Shown here piece after piece: positions 41,251 through 53,479 of a stretch of DNA of 64,000 nt; positions within the stretch are counted from its first letter, which is position 1, and the number at the start of each line of letters is the position of its first letter. The notes under the pieces are model-generated. The model was not told the DNA's origin and ran no database searches. It saw only the letters and a program-made list of their open reading frames with translations. Both the position numbers and the translations under genes were made by a program. The stretch is from Hydrolagus colliei (lineage: Eukaryota). Where the stretch lies: positions 9,672,001 through 9,736,000 of the forward strand of contig CM068755.1 of assembly GCA_035084275.1 (NCBI GenBank). Direction: 5' to 3'.

Positions 41251-41672
41251 ATAATCCTTACATTTGATACAATGCCTTTCATCTCAGGAGGAAATCTCAA
41301 AGCACTTCACAGGATTTTACTGTAAACTGTAATCACTGTATTTTGTGGTGAAAGCAGTAACCTATTTAGGCACAGCAGTTTCCCACAAAAAGGTAGTTAT
41401 GCAAATGACCAATTTTTTCTTGGAGATTGTTGGCCAAAACACTGGGAGAAACTCACTTCTCTTTTGAAAACTGTAATGCCACAAGATCTTTAATATCTGC
41501 CTGAACAGCCAGGCATGTCCTTGATTTGATGCTTCATCTAAAAGATGGCACTTTTGACAGTCAAGCATGTCCTCAGCACTCTATTGGAGTGTCAGCCTAG
41601 ACTGTGAGTTCAAATCCTGGCATGGGCTTGAACTCACAACCTTCTGACTTGGAGATGAGAGTCTGCCTCACC
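41251..41672 (-). mobile_element. DeuSINE, near full length
   Basis: ataatccttacatttgat...tgttggccaaaacactgggagaa...gccacaagatcttta...ggagtgtcagcctaga...gggcttgaactcacaaccttctgacttggag. Confidence 0.8.
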
Positions 41673-41808
41673 ATTTAACCACGGTGGGAAAAAAAAAGTT
41701 AGATTTTTGAAATAGGACTGATTAAAAAATATATATATTTGTTGCCACTGTATCTCTAACTGAAAGAAGGAATCTTTCTCGCTGAACATTTCTCCCCTTC
41801 CACAAGTA

Positions 41809-41860
41809 GGTCTTTAATACATGTCAGAGTTTCATGAAACTCTGACATGTATTAAAGACC
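41809..41860. repeat. Perfect 52-bp palindrome (no spacer)
   Basis: GGTCTTTAATACATGTCAGAGTTTCA|TGAAACTCTGACATGTATTAAAGACC, checked base by base. Confidence 0.95.
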
Positions 41861-44800
41861 AGTCAGGGAAGAGCAATATTAATCCTCCACGTCAGAGCTT
41901 CATCCACATGAACACACCTACTACAATGATTTGATTCATCCATTAAATACATCTCCAACGAAATACCCATTGTTTCAGCTGAATGATGTTTTGGTCAGTT
42001 TCTGAATGTTGAAAATGAGTTGAGAGCTGCATAGACCATCTTTCAATTTCTCACCCTTCATACTTTGTGTCTGATATTAAATGTTTTCACCGATAACTAT
42101 TTTCAGTTTACATGAATTTACACAATATATTAATGCAAATCGTTGCTTTGATGTTTTGTTGCTGATTTATTATTGCTGACTTTTCATAAATATGATTAAG
42201 TATATACTCCTAATGTGTTTATATACATGTTCAAACAAATTCTAAATGTAAGACTCCTGATTAATCTGTGCTTCCCTTGCCCTCCTCAGGTTCCGTACGT
42301 CTCTGCACAAACAGAAAAAGTATGATTCATTTTGGGACTCGTGGGTAAGAATGTCTGTGTCTAAACACTTCTTCAGATGGTATTACTGTAGACTATTTTT
42401 ACTTCAAAACTGAACGCAAACACTTTGAATTAGATCGTTGGGATGTCTAGAAGACGTGAAAAGTGCTACATCAGCTGCAAGGATTATTATTTTATTTATT
42501 ATCCAGAAACACTTTACAGTAACTAGTAAAAAGAGGATTTATTTCTAATGTTAAATTAACTGTTGGTTTGTTTGTTTGTTTGTTATTCATTATTAGCTTC
42601 CAAACAGTTTTTATTTTACATTTAGCTAAATAAAAAGATCCAGTACCTTGAAACAATTGATTGATTTTTAAAACATTCACTTTAGTGGAATATTATATTC
42701 GGTGTTATAAACTATTTGTTATTTCAAGGGAAAACCATCTACATTACATTACTACATTGCTTTGTTTTCTTAATGTTGGTTAGACACACTTTTTCCCCCC
42801 CTATAAGTGCAGGTGTTGTATCATGTACTTGAGTATTCCTTTGTATATGCTTGTAGCTGAATTGTATTACTCAGTTAAGTGGACTTGGGTTTGTAGATAT
42901 TGGGTATTCTATATATCAAATAGTGAATGGTATTGGTAGAAAAACTAAAGTTACACTTTAAAGCACAACGAGCATGTAGGTGAAGAGGACTAAATGGAGA
43001 AGAACACTTGGAATCAATGTCAGGATTGTTTTTAATAACTAAATTAGGTTGTTGTTGTAGTTACCCAGGGAAGTAACGTAGACCCCCAAAACATTGGGGT
43101 TATTTGAAATAAGATGAGATGTCCTGGTGGGAGTGCTAATGTTGAAGAGAAGTGAGCTTCAGCAGGAAACAATAGCCTTAGTCATCCTCGTCTTTTCTTA
43201 TATTCTTGAAAGATCTGCTTCTCCTCTGTGTTCTTTCCCTGGCAGCAGCTGTCACATGGATCACAGAACATCCCTCCCTTGTCAGAGTAAGTCTGCATGC
43301 TGAAGATTCATGGTGCTCGAGGACACAGCCTTGGGATTATCAAGATCAGCTGTAAAATGGTTTAATTAATACCAGGATTTACTGCTGAATAGTTGAGAGG
43401 AAAATATCTTGTGCTGAACCAACAACAATAAACCCTCTGGTTAATGTATTATGTTGTTTAAAGAGCACTGGGTGGCATTGTTACTCTTGGTGCACAATTT
43501 ATCCAGCACAGCACCACCTGTGGTACAAATGCAATGCACATGAAAATATACATGCGGTATAGCATTTGTGGCACTGTACAAGGGAATATTGTCATCCTAC
43601 AGAAGACAAATTGGATGGATCTTGTGAAAAACAAACTCCTAATTAATTTATAGAACCTTACTTGTAAACCTAACTGTGCTGAAATAAGTGCTGCTGTTTA
43701 AGAACAGAACAAGCAGGGTTATAAACCTTACATTGGTCTGGCATCTAATAAATGTGCCTTATCTTTGAACATGTTATGTGTTTCCTGCAATGGTGGAGAG
43801 CTCCAACATAACCCGTGGATGACTTTTAAGCACAGTACCAGTATCATTCTTTTTATGTGATTGTTGGTAAAATCAGTCGTGAAAGTATTCAAACCCTTAT
43901 CAAAGAAGAAGGGATGTTCTTTGGAGAGTGAACGTTTAGAAATAAATGTATTCTTTTGTTAAAGTTGATTTAAAGCAGTTACACTTCCTCAAAGCTTTAC
44001 ACCCGCCAAGACTACTATGTCATACAATAGATTGGGAAAAACAAATAATTATTGTTTAAGTTTCTCAATGGCCTAGTTAATGCAATTTTTTTGTTATTGT
44101 AACACAAACCTTCAGAACCATCATAGAATGGGATGTTTAACATTGCTTATGGAACTATAGCTGCATTGTATTGCACAAAATGAATCAACTGCATCCAAAT
44201 AGGAAGAATATCACTTATATGGTTACATAGACCACAAAGATGCCTATTTGGTTCTATATTTTGGTTAACTTGTCAATCTAGGTAGCTTTTTGACTTTTTA
44301 ATCATATGAAAACTTTTTTTTTTGCCAGTTGCGATGATTGATTTTAGTTTGGTTTTATTTTCAAACCTTATCCAAAAGATTGTCCTCATATCTTTGGAGC
44401 CTCCTTTGTACTATATTGATTTGAAATATTGTCTTGTAATGAAGAAGAAAAATGGTTTCCCAGTGTATTCCATAGCTGGTGTCAGGCTAATCAATCATTT
44501 TTAAGTACAGGCAAGCACGAAGCACAGCAGTGTTGAACCCTATCCTTCTTGTGCTTGTAGCCTATGCATAGTAGCATAATATATTATAGTTGTTACACTA
44601 TAACTTTTGCTTTTAAATGGAGATATTCTTTTGTGTTTTACTGTAGGGAGCTGTTATTTCAAAAAGCCTACTTTATTTCAGTACCTTTTATAATCTACAA
44701 TAAATCACAAAATCAACTAGCGAAACTGCAAAACCTGAAACCTTCTGAAATAATTTCTTCGACATACACATACATGTAAGACGGGGACAAAGCTAAAGCA

Positions 44801-45049
44801 AACACAGCAATTTTCCCAATTCAAATTCTAGTACAATTCTAATAAATGCATTGCAATGTAACATTATTCGACTCAATCCAATACCCAAACTAAAGCACCA
44901 ATGATGGACCTACAATATAACTGTATTGTGTCACCTTCAATTCACAGTTTTAGGTCATTGGCATTTATGTTATTGGCATTTAACTAAGAGCTTTTGCGAA
45001 CCACGAAAGCCTTTCAAATATTTTTTTTCACTTTTTCTTTTCTATAGTA

Positions 45050-45210
45050 ATCCCATTAGATTAAGATGCGAATTCCCACAAATGCCGCAATGGTGGTTAA
45101 AAGAGTTTGTGGGTACATGACTGTTTTACAAGGAAGTGAGAAAAGAAGAAAGAAGTTGATCATGAGCCAAATAGGCTTCTCCCATGCTGTAAATATCTAC
45201 GGTTCATGAT
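45050..45210 (+). mobile_element. Decayed CR1 3' end
   Basis: catgagccaaataggcttctcccatgctgtaaatatctacggttcatga resembles the CR1 tail at 36160. Confidence 0.45.
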
Positions 45211-45519
45211 CTCAGAGGTGCTAATGGCATGAGTGATATAGTATGACAGGAGTGATATGATATCATACGAGTGTGATAGATTTGGAAAGGGGCTTTCTAT
45301 GTAAACAATTTGAAATGTCTTGATACTGAGTTACAGAGCTTGTACTTATTTAGCTCACTGTTTGCATAGAAAAAGCTTCTCAGCCTATAAAGACAATGGC
45401 ATGACGTGTAACTGTCCATCTTTCTTTTGAGCTCTGGTCTATATGCCCTTTGTTTGGCATTTATGACTGTGGTAAACATAATCATTGGGGTTTAGTTTAT
45501 CTGTACACTTCAGATTAAC

Positions 45520-45672
45520 CACTGCTTGTGGGACACTGCTGTGTGCAATTGGCAGCTACGTTTGGGCCACAAAATATAGTCATTACACTTTACACTATGT
45601 TCTGTGAAGCACTTTGAGACACCAGGAACTTGTGATAAAACGCTAAATCAAATGCAGGGATTATTATTATTA
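45520..45672 (+). mobile_element. SINE 3' half
   Basis: ttgtgggacactgctgtgtgcaattggc...tgtgaagcactttgagac...atcaaatgcagggattattattatt. Confidence 0.75.
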
Positions 45673-46510
45673 CCTCAGTCAGAGCTCTCTGGGACTTTGC
45701 CTTTCTGGTGTGAACACGATTCTGTTCCCTCTAATGCTGCACACTGAACAGACAGTTTCTGTGACCTATTCACCCACCGATAACCCAAACTCCCTCTCCT
45801 GTGTTTGTGTGGAAGCCTAATATTATTTAATTCGATTTTTGCCATTTATTCTACTTCCCCGGTCTCATTTCTCTGCGTTTCTTCACATTCAATTATATTT
45901 GCTACTTGTCAGCCTAACCCCTCAATCTAGTTTCAGTTTAAATAACACCCCTTTATGTGGTAACCCATAATAGATCCCAATAGCTGAATTCTTAACTATA
46001 TTATTTTGCTCGATCCATGATCCAGAATTTAGTATGAGAATTCTTCAATTTTCCATTTGTACACCAAACCCTCTTGATATGTGTACAAAATGTTAAGGCC
46101 TTACCGCTGCTTGAATGCTATCATTCCCTTCACAGTCTCAATTGAAACTGGAGTAATGTGATCCATTGAACCTGTCCCATCACTTTCCAAGAGCATTGCC
46201 AACCCGTTGCAAATTAATACTGAACTCTACCCTTTTATGAGTTCTACCATTATCTAAATCAGCATATGCATTGACTATTTGAATAGCATAGCCTGATGTC
46301 TCAGCAACCCAAACTCTCACTGGTCCTATCCTTTTAGATCAAGACATCAACACTTTCCTCTGCCATGTATAGCCCCATCCTACTGAAGTAGGCTATTCTT
46401 TTATACTCTACATAGTAAAATCTTCACGAAATTCTTCTATGGATACTTTAACTTTGGAACACTCTCCCTCAATCCCTCCGCCTTGTCTTTTTTCACCCCT
46501 TTTTGGGAAG

Positions 46511-46715
46511 AAAGTCCAGTGACTCAGTGGTTAGAGCACTCACCTTGCAAGTGGGAGGACCTGTGTTTGATTCCCGGCAGGGTAAAATGTTGGGTATGTT
46601 TCCTTACTCCACATGCCTTTGTTTACCTAGCAATACGTAGGAACCTGGGTTGTTAGTCAATTGGGGCATTGCTTTCCAGGGTTAATAATTCAAAGAAAAT
46701 AATAATAAATTGGTT
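46511..46715 (+). mobile_element. 5' half of the tRNA-derived SINE, long variant
   Basis: gactcagtggttagagcactcaccttgcaagtg...gtttgattcccggcaggg...tttccttactccacatgcct plus an extra ~60 bp absent from the other copies. Confidence 0.75.
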
Positions 46716-46885
46716 AGCTCGCTTTTTTAAGTCCTGCCTGAAAACCTACCTTTTCGACTGTGTTTCTGATCACCTTTCCCGCCCAAACCCATCCCATCTA
46801 TATGTCAAGCTCACCACTGTTAAGTGCTCTGAGACACTACACTGTGGGAAGGTCGCTATATAAGTCCAAGTTGTTGTTGTTATTG
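46716..46885 (+). mobile_element. L2 3' fragment abutting the SINE head
   Basis: FKSCLKTYLFD motif and gctatataagtccaagttgttgttgtt tail. Confidence 0.75.
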
Positions 46886-47609
46886 TATTTCAATAGCCAA
46901 TCAATCATCTGTCAACCTCAACTCTATAGTCCCAAATATTGTGCACACAGAAACTTGCACTTTGAATTCTAGTCTTACATACAATCACAATTGCCTACTA
47001 TTGAAACAAACATAACTTTGAAATGAATTTCTGAATTCAACCTGTTTCCGGTCCCCAAACTTAGGTGAGAATCTGCAGGCATATCAGTCATTGCTCTTGG
47101 AACTTGACCACAGCGAGAGTCAATGTCTTCATCAGGGCAAAATTCAGAGGGTGAAAAATAAAATAATGAAAGGAAAAACATCTCCCTTATTAAAGTGAGT
47201 ACATTCATAAAACAGTCTGTCTGATACAAGGTCACAAATACTGATCCATCATAACAACCTTGTACCCAGATGAAAGATTACACATACTTGTATCTAACAA
47301 TTGCAGGATAAAATAAATTACCTGCCATAGGACAGGTTGTCGTTCTCCTATTAACTGAGCCTCGTGTTGCCGCTATGTCTAGTTAAAGGGACGTGTAACA
47401 GAGGAGACAAAGGTAAAGATGGTGATTTAAATCAATTTATTGACTTCATGGAATTTTATTGAGAAACCTGGGTGAAAGGGCAAAGCTTCATAGACATTGA
47501 GAATTAAATCAACAGAAGAGAAAACGTATGTTGAGTTATAATGGCTGGGCAATGCCAAGCATGGATATTACACAACCGTATATATCTCCACATGATTATT
47601 CCCTCCACG

Positions 47610-47980
47610 TATCAGCTCGGTTCAGTTTGATGCACTCAATTCCCTGAATCAAAACATGGCACGCAGCCCCACATTGTCCTTTGGCTGACACTCCAATGCA
47701 GTGTTAGTGATGCGATGCATTGCCATCCTTTGGATTGAGATCTTAAACTAAAGATCCATGTTGCAATTTGAAAATAGAACAGAGTTTCTACTGGTGTGCT
47801 AGCCAATAATCCCCAGATAAAACGTGGCTTTCACTTGATGGCGGTTTGTGGGACATTGCTGTGTGCAAATTAGCTCCCTGGTTTACCTGCAAAATAAATA
47901 GTCAGTACACTTTACAGAAAATTCTGTGAAGTGCTTTGAGATGTCTTGAGGATGTGATCTGTTCAGATTATTATTATTTA
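47610..47980 (+). mobile_element. DeuSINE
   Basis: cagctcggttcagtttgatgcactc head; ggctgacactccaatgcag; ggtttgtgggacattgctgtgtgcaaatt; tgtgaagtgctttgagatgtc; (ATT)n tail. Confidence 0.7.
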
Positions 47981-50267
47981 TGATTGTAGTCAAGTATCTC
48001 CGTGAATCCCAATTCCCTTTTTTAATCATACATTTGATTGACCCCAGCCTCTTTTAAAACCATTCACCGATAAAGATTTAAGAGATTAATTGGGGAGCCT
48101 ATGGGGAGGGGAAAAGAATTGTGCATTTTATATTCATATTCTATGGGCCTACATTCATTGACCAAGCTGAACAGCCAGTCTACTTATATCAACCAGATCC
48201 ACCCCATTCATTCATTTCAATACCTGCAGCACATCACCCCTTAGTTTTTTTTTCTCTCCAGCAAAAGGAAGCCAGTAGACCTCTGTCTTTCTTCACAACA
48301 TCGCCTCCTAAAGCCTGTAATCATCCTTATTACTCTTCTCTGAATGCTTGGTTACCTTTCAGTCTTATTGGCAGATAATATAGATTTAGGGGGCTGGTTA
48401 GCCAGACAGGTCCCAAGGGCCATGGTCGCTCTAGTAAAAATAAAACTGTTTCTTCCACCCTGGGGTAAGTCCCTTAACAGCCACATTAATCAGTCAAACA
48501 CCAAGTGGTCTGAAAATAAAACAACATTCAGTAAACAGATAAATAGTATACAACAAAGCTGAATAGCAAAAGTCTAGTCTTGCTGTAAGTTAATACAAAA
48601 GTGAAACTAGAACAGTTCAAACAACTACAGACAGTCTGAGCAATCTATAAATCACTCAGGGTTATCAGTGTTACCCTTATATTACTAATGATGATAAATG
48701 AGGATTAAAACACCCTTTAGCAGTGGATAACCCAAGAGTGGATAACCCAAATTATTTCAGAGACAAAGATGTGCTCCTACTATCCTGCCCGTGTGCAGGG
48801 AGAGAGGGAAAATCACTCTTCCCACTGCAAAACCCACCCCATTTTGCCAAAAACACCTGTTTAAAGGAACAGTCCAAAAAAAATCACCCTTCAGTGTTTG
48901 CATAAAGCCTTCTGAGGTGACTAGAATTGTACATCAAGGAGGAAAACATGGCATGCGTGGTCGCAGTTGGAATTATTGTTCAATTCTTCTTAAGTTGCAT
49001 TCCCTCCTTTAGGGAAATGCAGGAAAGTTGTACACTTTAATTCTTTAAACAATAAATATGAAGATAACAGCGTACAGATGTCATTGCTGCCCTCTGTGTA
49101 CTGGCACAGACAGTTGTCAAGAATTTCCATTCCTCTTTTCTGCTTGGATCTTTAGTTTCTGTTTGTGATACAGATCATAGGTTTTGTGGCTAACAAAAGG
49201 CACTGAACAATATTTCTGTCACTGAATATTGTGAAATAATAATCCAGTGAGATTTTCTCAATTTAGCAATTTATTTTATGTTCTGCTGGATTAGGTGGAA
49301 CTTTACAGTGTGATTTTCCCAGGAACTGTAGTTTCAATATAGATTTACAGCATCTATATTACTAGCATCTATATTACTAGCAACTGGGTTTATTTCAATT
49401 TATTTATTAAACACTAAACTTATTCTGCAAAACTGAGGGAAAGTATAGAGAGGGCTGGTTGAGTTCAAAGCAGCAGGGCTGACCCATGTACATAATTGAT
49501 GCAGCGTTTTAATATAAAATTCCCTTGTTCTGATTGAGACTAGATTGTGTTCCTTCAGATCATAATTTTCAGTGACAGCAACATTATTATTTCTTTGGGC
49601 ATTTTTTCAGATGATTTACGTTACAAGCAATATTTAAACATCTGCGGGAAAATGAAGAATGAAAATGTTATTTCAGTCTGCTAGATCAGCAATGCGGCAT
49701 TAGATTAGTGACACTGCCCATCACATAGCATCCTGTTGATTTATGACTTCTGTTGTTACAGATCTTTGTTCCATTGGGGGCTTATACTTCAATCCACTGC
49801 CAAACAGTTCATTTTCATTTAATGTCCAAATAGTTTGCCAAGAAATGTTCTGATGATATGAGGATTATGACTGGTTCATAAATGGGTTAAGTGGATTGGA
49901 ACTGTACACATGTAGAAGGTATACGTGCATAAACCAGCAGGTAATTCAATCAAGACCACCCTTGCATGCCTCTATAATCATTAGTTACAGAGACAAGCCT
50001 GGGAGCAGGTTGTCTGCATGTCCTCCTACCTTAGAGAACTGCGTGCTTGGGGGAGGGATAACATTTTGGGTGGAGAAAGAAATGGTTGCAAAGCAAAGAC
50101 AAAAAGATACATATCATTTAGTTTCAGTTAGACCAATCTCCTCACAGTTCAATCAACATGACAGTCAATTCTCCTGTGTAGGTACACCCATTAGGTTTTT
50201 TTATTTCAACTTTTTGAAAAGTGTTTTTTATTGGCTTCCCATGTCACAGATCCCAAACCAATGATGA

Positions 50268-50560
50268 CAACAACAACTTGCATTTATATAGCACACTTCA
50301 CACAGGGTAACAACTCAGAGCACTTAATGGTGGTGGAGCGTTATGTGGAGAGAGAGAGAGCTTGAAGATGCCAATATACATGTTTGAAGAGGAAGGTCTT
50401 CAGGTACGATCTGAGGTCAGGCAAGGAGGAGGCAATGTAGAAGGATTGAGACACAGAGTTCCAGAGTTTCAGGGCAAAGTGGCTGAAAGCACGGTCACTG
50501 ATTGAGTACAAGGGACATGGTTGACAAAGCGGATGCAGCCAAGCAGTTGTTGAAGATATG
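50268..50560 (-). mobile_element. L2 3' fragment
   Basis: caacaacttgcatttatatagcac tail; gaagaggaaggtcttcagg (LKTFLF on the minus strand); gagttccagag (LWNS). Confidence 0.7.
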
Positions 50561-51715
50561 AAGAAGATATGATATGAAGAAGTCCATGACCTCTTCCTTG
50601 AATGAGAATGGACCTAATCCTATTACGCTTCTGAGCTGCCCATAAAAAGTACAGCAAACCTCATCCATTCGCTCCCTATGGGACGGTGCCTCTTCAAACA
50701 GCCAGACATAGATCAACAACTGGGTGGAGAACAACTTACACAAACCTGCATCCCATCACACCAAGACACAGCATGTTTGAAAACTAAGGTCTACTCTTCT
50801 TCACCTCATTAAATCCCACCAATACCATTCTGACTGCCTTGTAGCATGCAAATGGTCTGCAGAGCCTTTGTTTACAATGAAGGAATGCTGCCCTTTTACT
50901 TTTAATTCAACAAAGATAATACAGTATGCAAGAAAATAAGCAAATCCTTGAGATTTCCAGGCATAGCCTAAAAGAAGCTGATAATTTTGCTAAATTTCAA
51001 CATCTGGGTGAAATCCAACAGCTTCCAACCAAACCGAGCAAATGTGTGCTACTCATGTCTGCTTCAATAATTTTCTAACTCCTTTCCTCCTGTCCATTCC
51101 ACATGTCGACGTTTGTGCCAGGAATTCAGTTCAAAATTCCTCCCATCCCATCGCCAGCTAAGCAGTCAAACTCTTCTCCCTCGCTTCCTGCCTCCCTATC
51201 ATCCTCGAGTGCCATGTCCCACCACTCTTCTCACGACGAGGAGGATTTCCCTCAGACACTTTAGGGTGACTCTTCTATTTCACGCGCTCATCTTCCTAAA
51301 AAATTAATTGGTCAAATAATTAAAGAAAGTAGAAGAAAGATAAATCGTCTGACACTCACAGATGCTTTATCCGGTTTGGCAAAAGGAATTGTCTTATCTT
51401 CTCTGTGCTCTGAGAGAATCTTTTTGCATTCCCCTTGAGTCAATTGGCATTGTAGGTTCCTTAAAGAACGGTCTCTGAGGATGTCATGTTTGGTGTATGG
51501 CAGCTCCCAGTCGTACCCACTGATTTTAGTTGGAACACACAATGTAAATCACGCAGTGCACTATTCGTCAGCTTTCTTTCAATACGTTCCATTTTTCTTT
51601 TTTGAGATTTGCTTTATTCTCAAAACGATTTTGATTGAATCCAGATCTGCTAACTGAACTCAGAAAATATCACCTTCAATGTGAATCTCCTAAGATAGTT
51701 AGAAATATGAGAATT

Positions 51716-51930
51716 GGACACTGGGGGGCGCAGTGAGTTAATGTGCTGTCCTTTCACCTCTTGCATATGGGTTTGGTTTAAACCCAGACCCATGGAACCA
51801 GCACCCTTTTTTGCAGCTGCAAAGATTTCCACTTAGAATAGGTTTTGCAGTCTCAAGCCAATAAGTGCAAAATCCCCTCACCCCAGAGGTTTAGCCCAAA
51901 TTAGCAGTCTGACTCACTTGGTGGGAGGTA
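51716..51930 (+). mobile_element. LF-SINE-like ancient SINE fragment
   Basis: gcgcagtgagttaatgtgctgtcctttcacctct...ggtttaaacccagacc...gcagtctcaagcca resembles the LF-SINE head (cctttcacctct...ggttcaaatccagccc). Confidence 0.45.
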
Positions 51931-52380
51931 CAAGGATGAAGTTTCACTGACTCTTAGAGTTAATAGCAATGCCGAGATACTTAAAAAGATGTGGAAATTA
52001 ATTTAATGGTAACATCGGTCTTAACTGAATGCATGGTATTCAGCTCTTATTTCAGTCATTGAAAAATTAACGGTGAGGTTGTGAAAGCAATTACTTTCAC
52101 ATTCAATTTCGTTTGAAAAATCTTACTCTCAGTTTTCTTAGGTTTATAATACCACAGGCATTAATACTAGAAGAAGCAAATTCAGTGCATACATTAAAAC
52201 AACAATCAGGAGCTCAAAGGTCGACATAATTAACCAAAAATAACATATTACCCAAACCGCTTTATTGCCATCCACATTTCTTGTTCGTTGACCTGAGTAA
52301 TATCGTTGCCTGATTTTTGTTGCTGAACATTATGTAGTTTGTGGCTGAAATGCTTTTCTGCTACGTTCATGGTATGAGAT

Positions 52381-52730
52381 GAATAATAATAATCCTTTCA
52401 TTTGATAGAGCAGCTTTCGGGCAACATTGGGAGGTTGCCTGAAAGCATTTCACAGGATTTACTGTAAAGTGTAGTCACTGTGTATTTTATAGTTTACAGA
52501 TATGGCTAGTGTCATGCTGTTGGAGAAGCAAGAACAGCAAATATTAGTGTCTCAGGCAGATATCACATTATCAATGCGTCTTAAAGTGCTTCACAGGATT
52601 CTGCAGGTGAACGTGGCTCCCAACTTGTGCCCAGAGATGTCCCCAAAACAGCCAGGAAATTAATGACCTTTTTTTTTAACCTGGAGGAATTGTTGGGCAG
52701 GACAGCGGGAGAAAGTTCCTTCTATTCGTA
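52381..52730 (-). mobile_element. Two SINE/Deu fragments
   Basis: aataataataatcctttcatttgatag...ttcacaggattttactgtaaagtg; aagtgcttcacagg...gtccccaaaacagcc...tgttgggcaggacagcgggagaa. Confidence 0.6.
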
Positions 52731-52774
52731 CCAACGTACATATTCCACTCTTGAGAGTAAACACTGTTCTATAT

Positions 52775-53066
52775 CTTCAGGTGCCCAACCCCTCTGTTCA
52801 ACAGGCTCCAGTCTGCCCCATGTCCCCCGTCCGACCCGCCCTACCATTGGTGGCTAGGCTATTAGCCTCTCTGCCCCCACACTCTGGAACTCCATCCTAC
52901 AGTCCTTCTTCGATCGTGCCTTCTGCTGCCCTCCCAATTCTCTCCTTCCCCTCCCACCTTGCCCCTCCTCTTTGCTCGGTCCCGACCCCTGACTGTTCTG
53001 CGCCTTGGGACGTCATCCTGACATGAAAGCACTCTATAAATATAATTTTGTTGTTTTGTTGTTGTT
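52775..53066 (+). mobile_element. L2 3' fragment
   Basis: accattggtggc...actctggaactccatcc...gcgccttgggacgtcatcctgacatgaaagcactctataaa + (GTT)n. Confidence 0.8.
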
Positions 53067-53149
53067 CAGGTGGGTTCCCAATCGCTTATAATGACTGTTT
53101 TTGAAATGCCACACCTAGGAATTTTCTACATTGAAAGTTATACCAATAA

Positions 53150-53375
53150 CAGGCCCAAGGCAAGGTCAAAGAGAAAGGCCTTGAGACAGGCCTTGAAGAA
53201 GGTGAGGGAGTTTCAGAGGGTGGAGGTAGACAGGCTGAAGGCCCGACCAACGATAGTGGGTTGGGCTGAAGTAGGCCAGTGCCCGTCGAGCAGAGGGAGC
53301 AGATGGATTGTTGAGGTTTTAGCAGGTCGCACATATAAGGGGGGAGGCAAGACGGTGGAGGGCTTTAAAAGTGAA
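53150..53375 (-). mobile_element. L2 fragment, inverted relative to the preceding copy
   Basis: ggtcaaagagaaaggccttgagacaggccttgaag (FKACLKAFLFD on minus); ggctgaaggcccgaccaac; ggagggctttaaaag. Confidence 0.7.
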
Positions 53376-53479
53376 TGAATAGAGCTATATTTCTCATAAT
53401 GAGACGTTCAGAAAGTACCTGATATCCAGATGCACAACCGGAATTGTACTCACTGTGTGATTGTAAGCACGGGGTGGCT

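Noticed and set aside
47125-47138. CTGATGA hammerhead-ribozyme core (minus strand; also + strand at about 31340)
   Set aside because: No properly placed GAAA box or closing stems.
50690-50780. Possible plus-strand LINE RT relic (INNWVENN...KTQH)
   Set aside because: Too short and degenerate to assign.
2840-51720. Recurrent TGAGAATTGG 10-mer (about 2840, 18976, 34675, 51708) as a possible MITE TIR
   Set aside because: I could not find matching inverted partners or TSDs.
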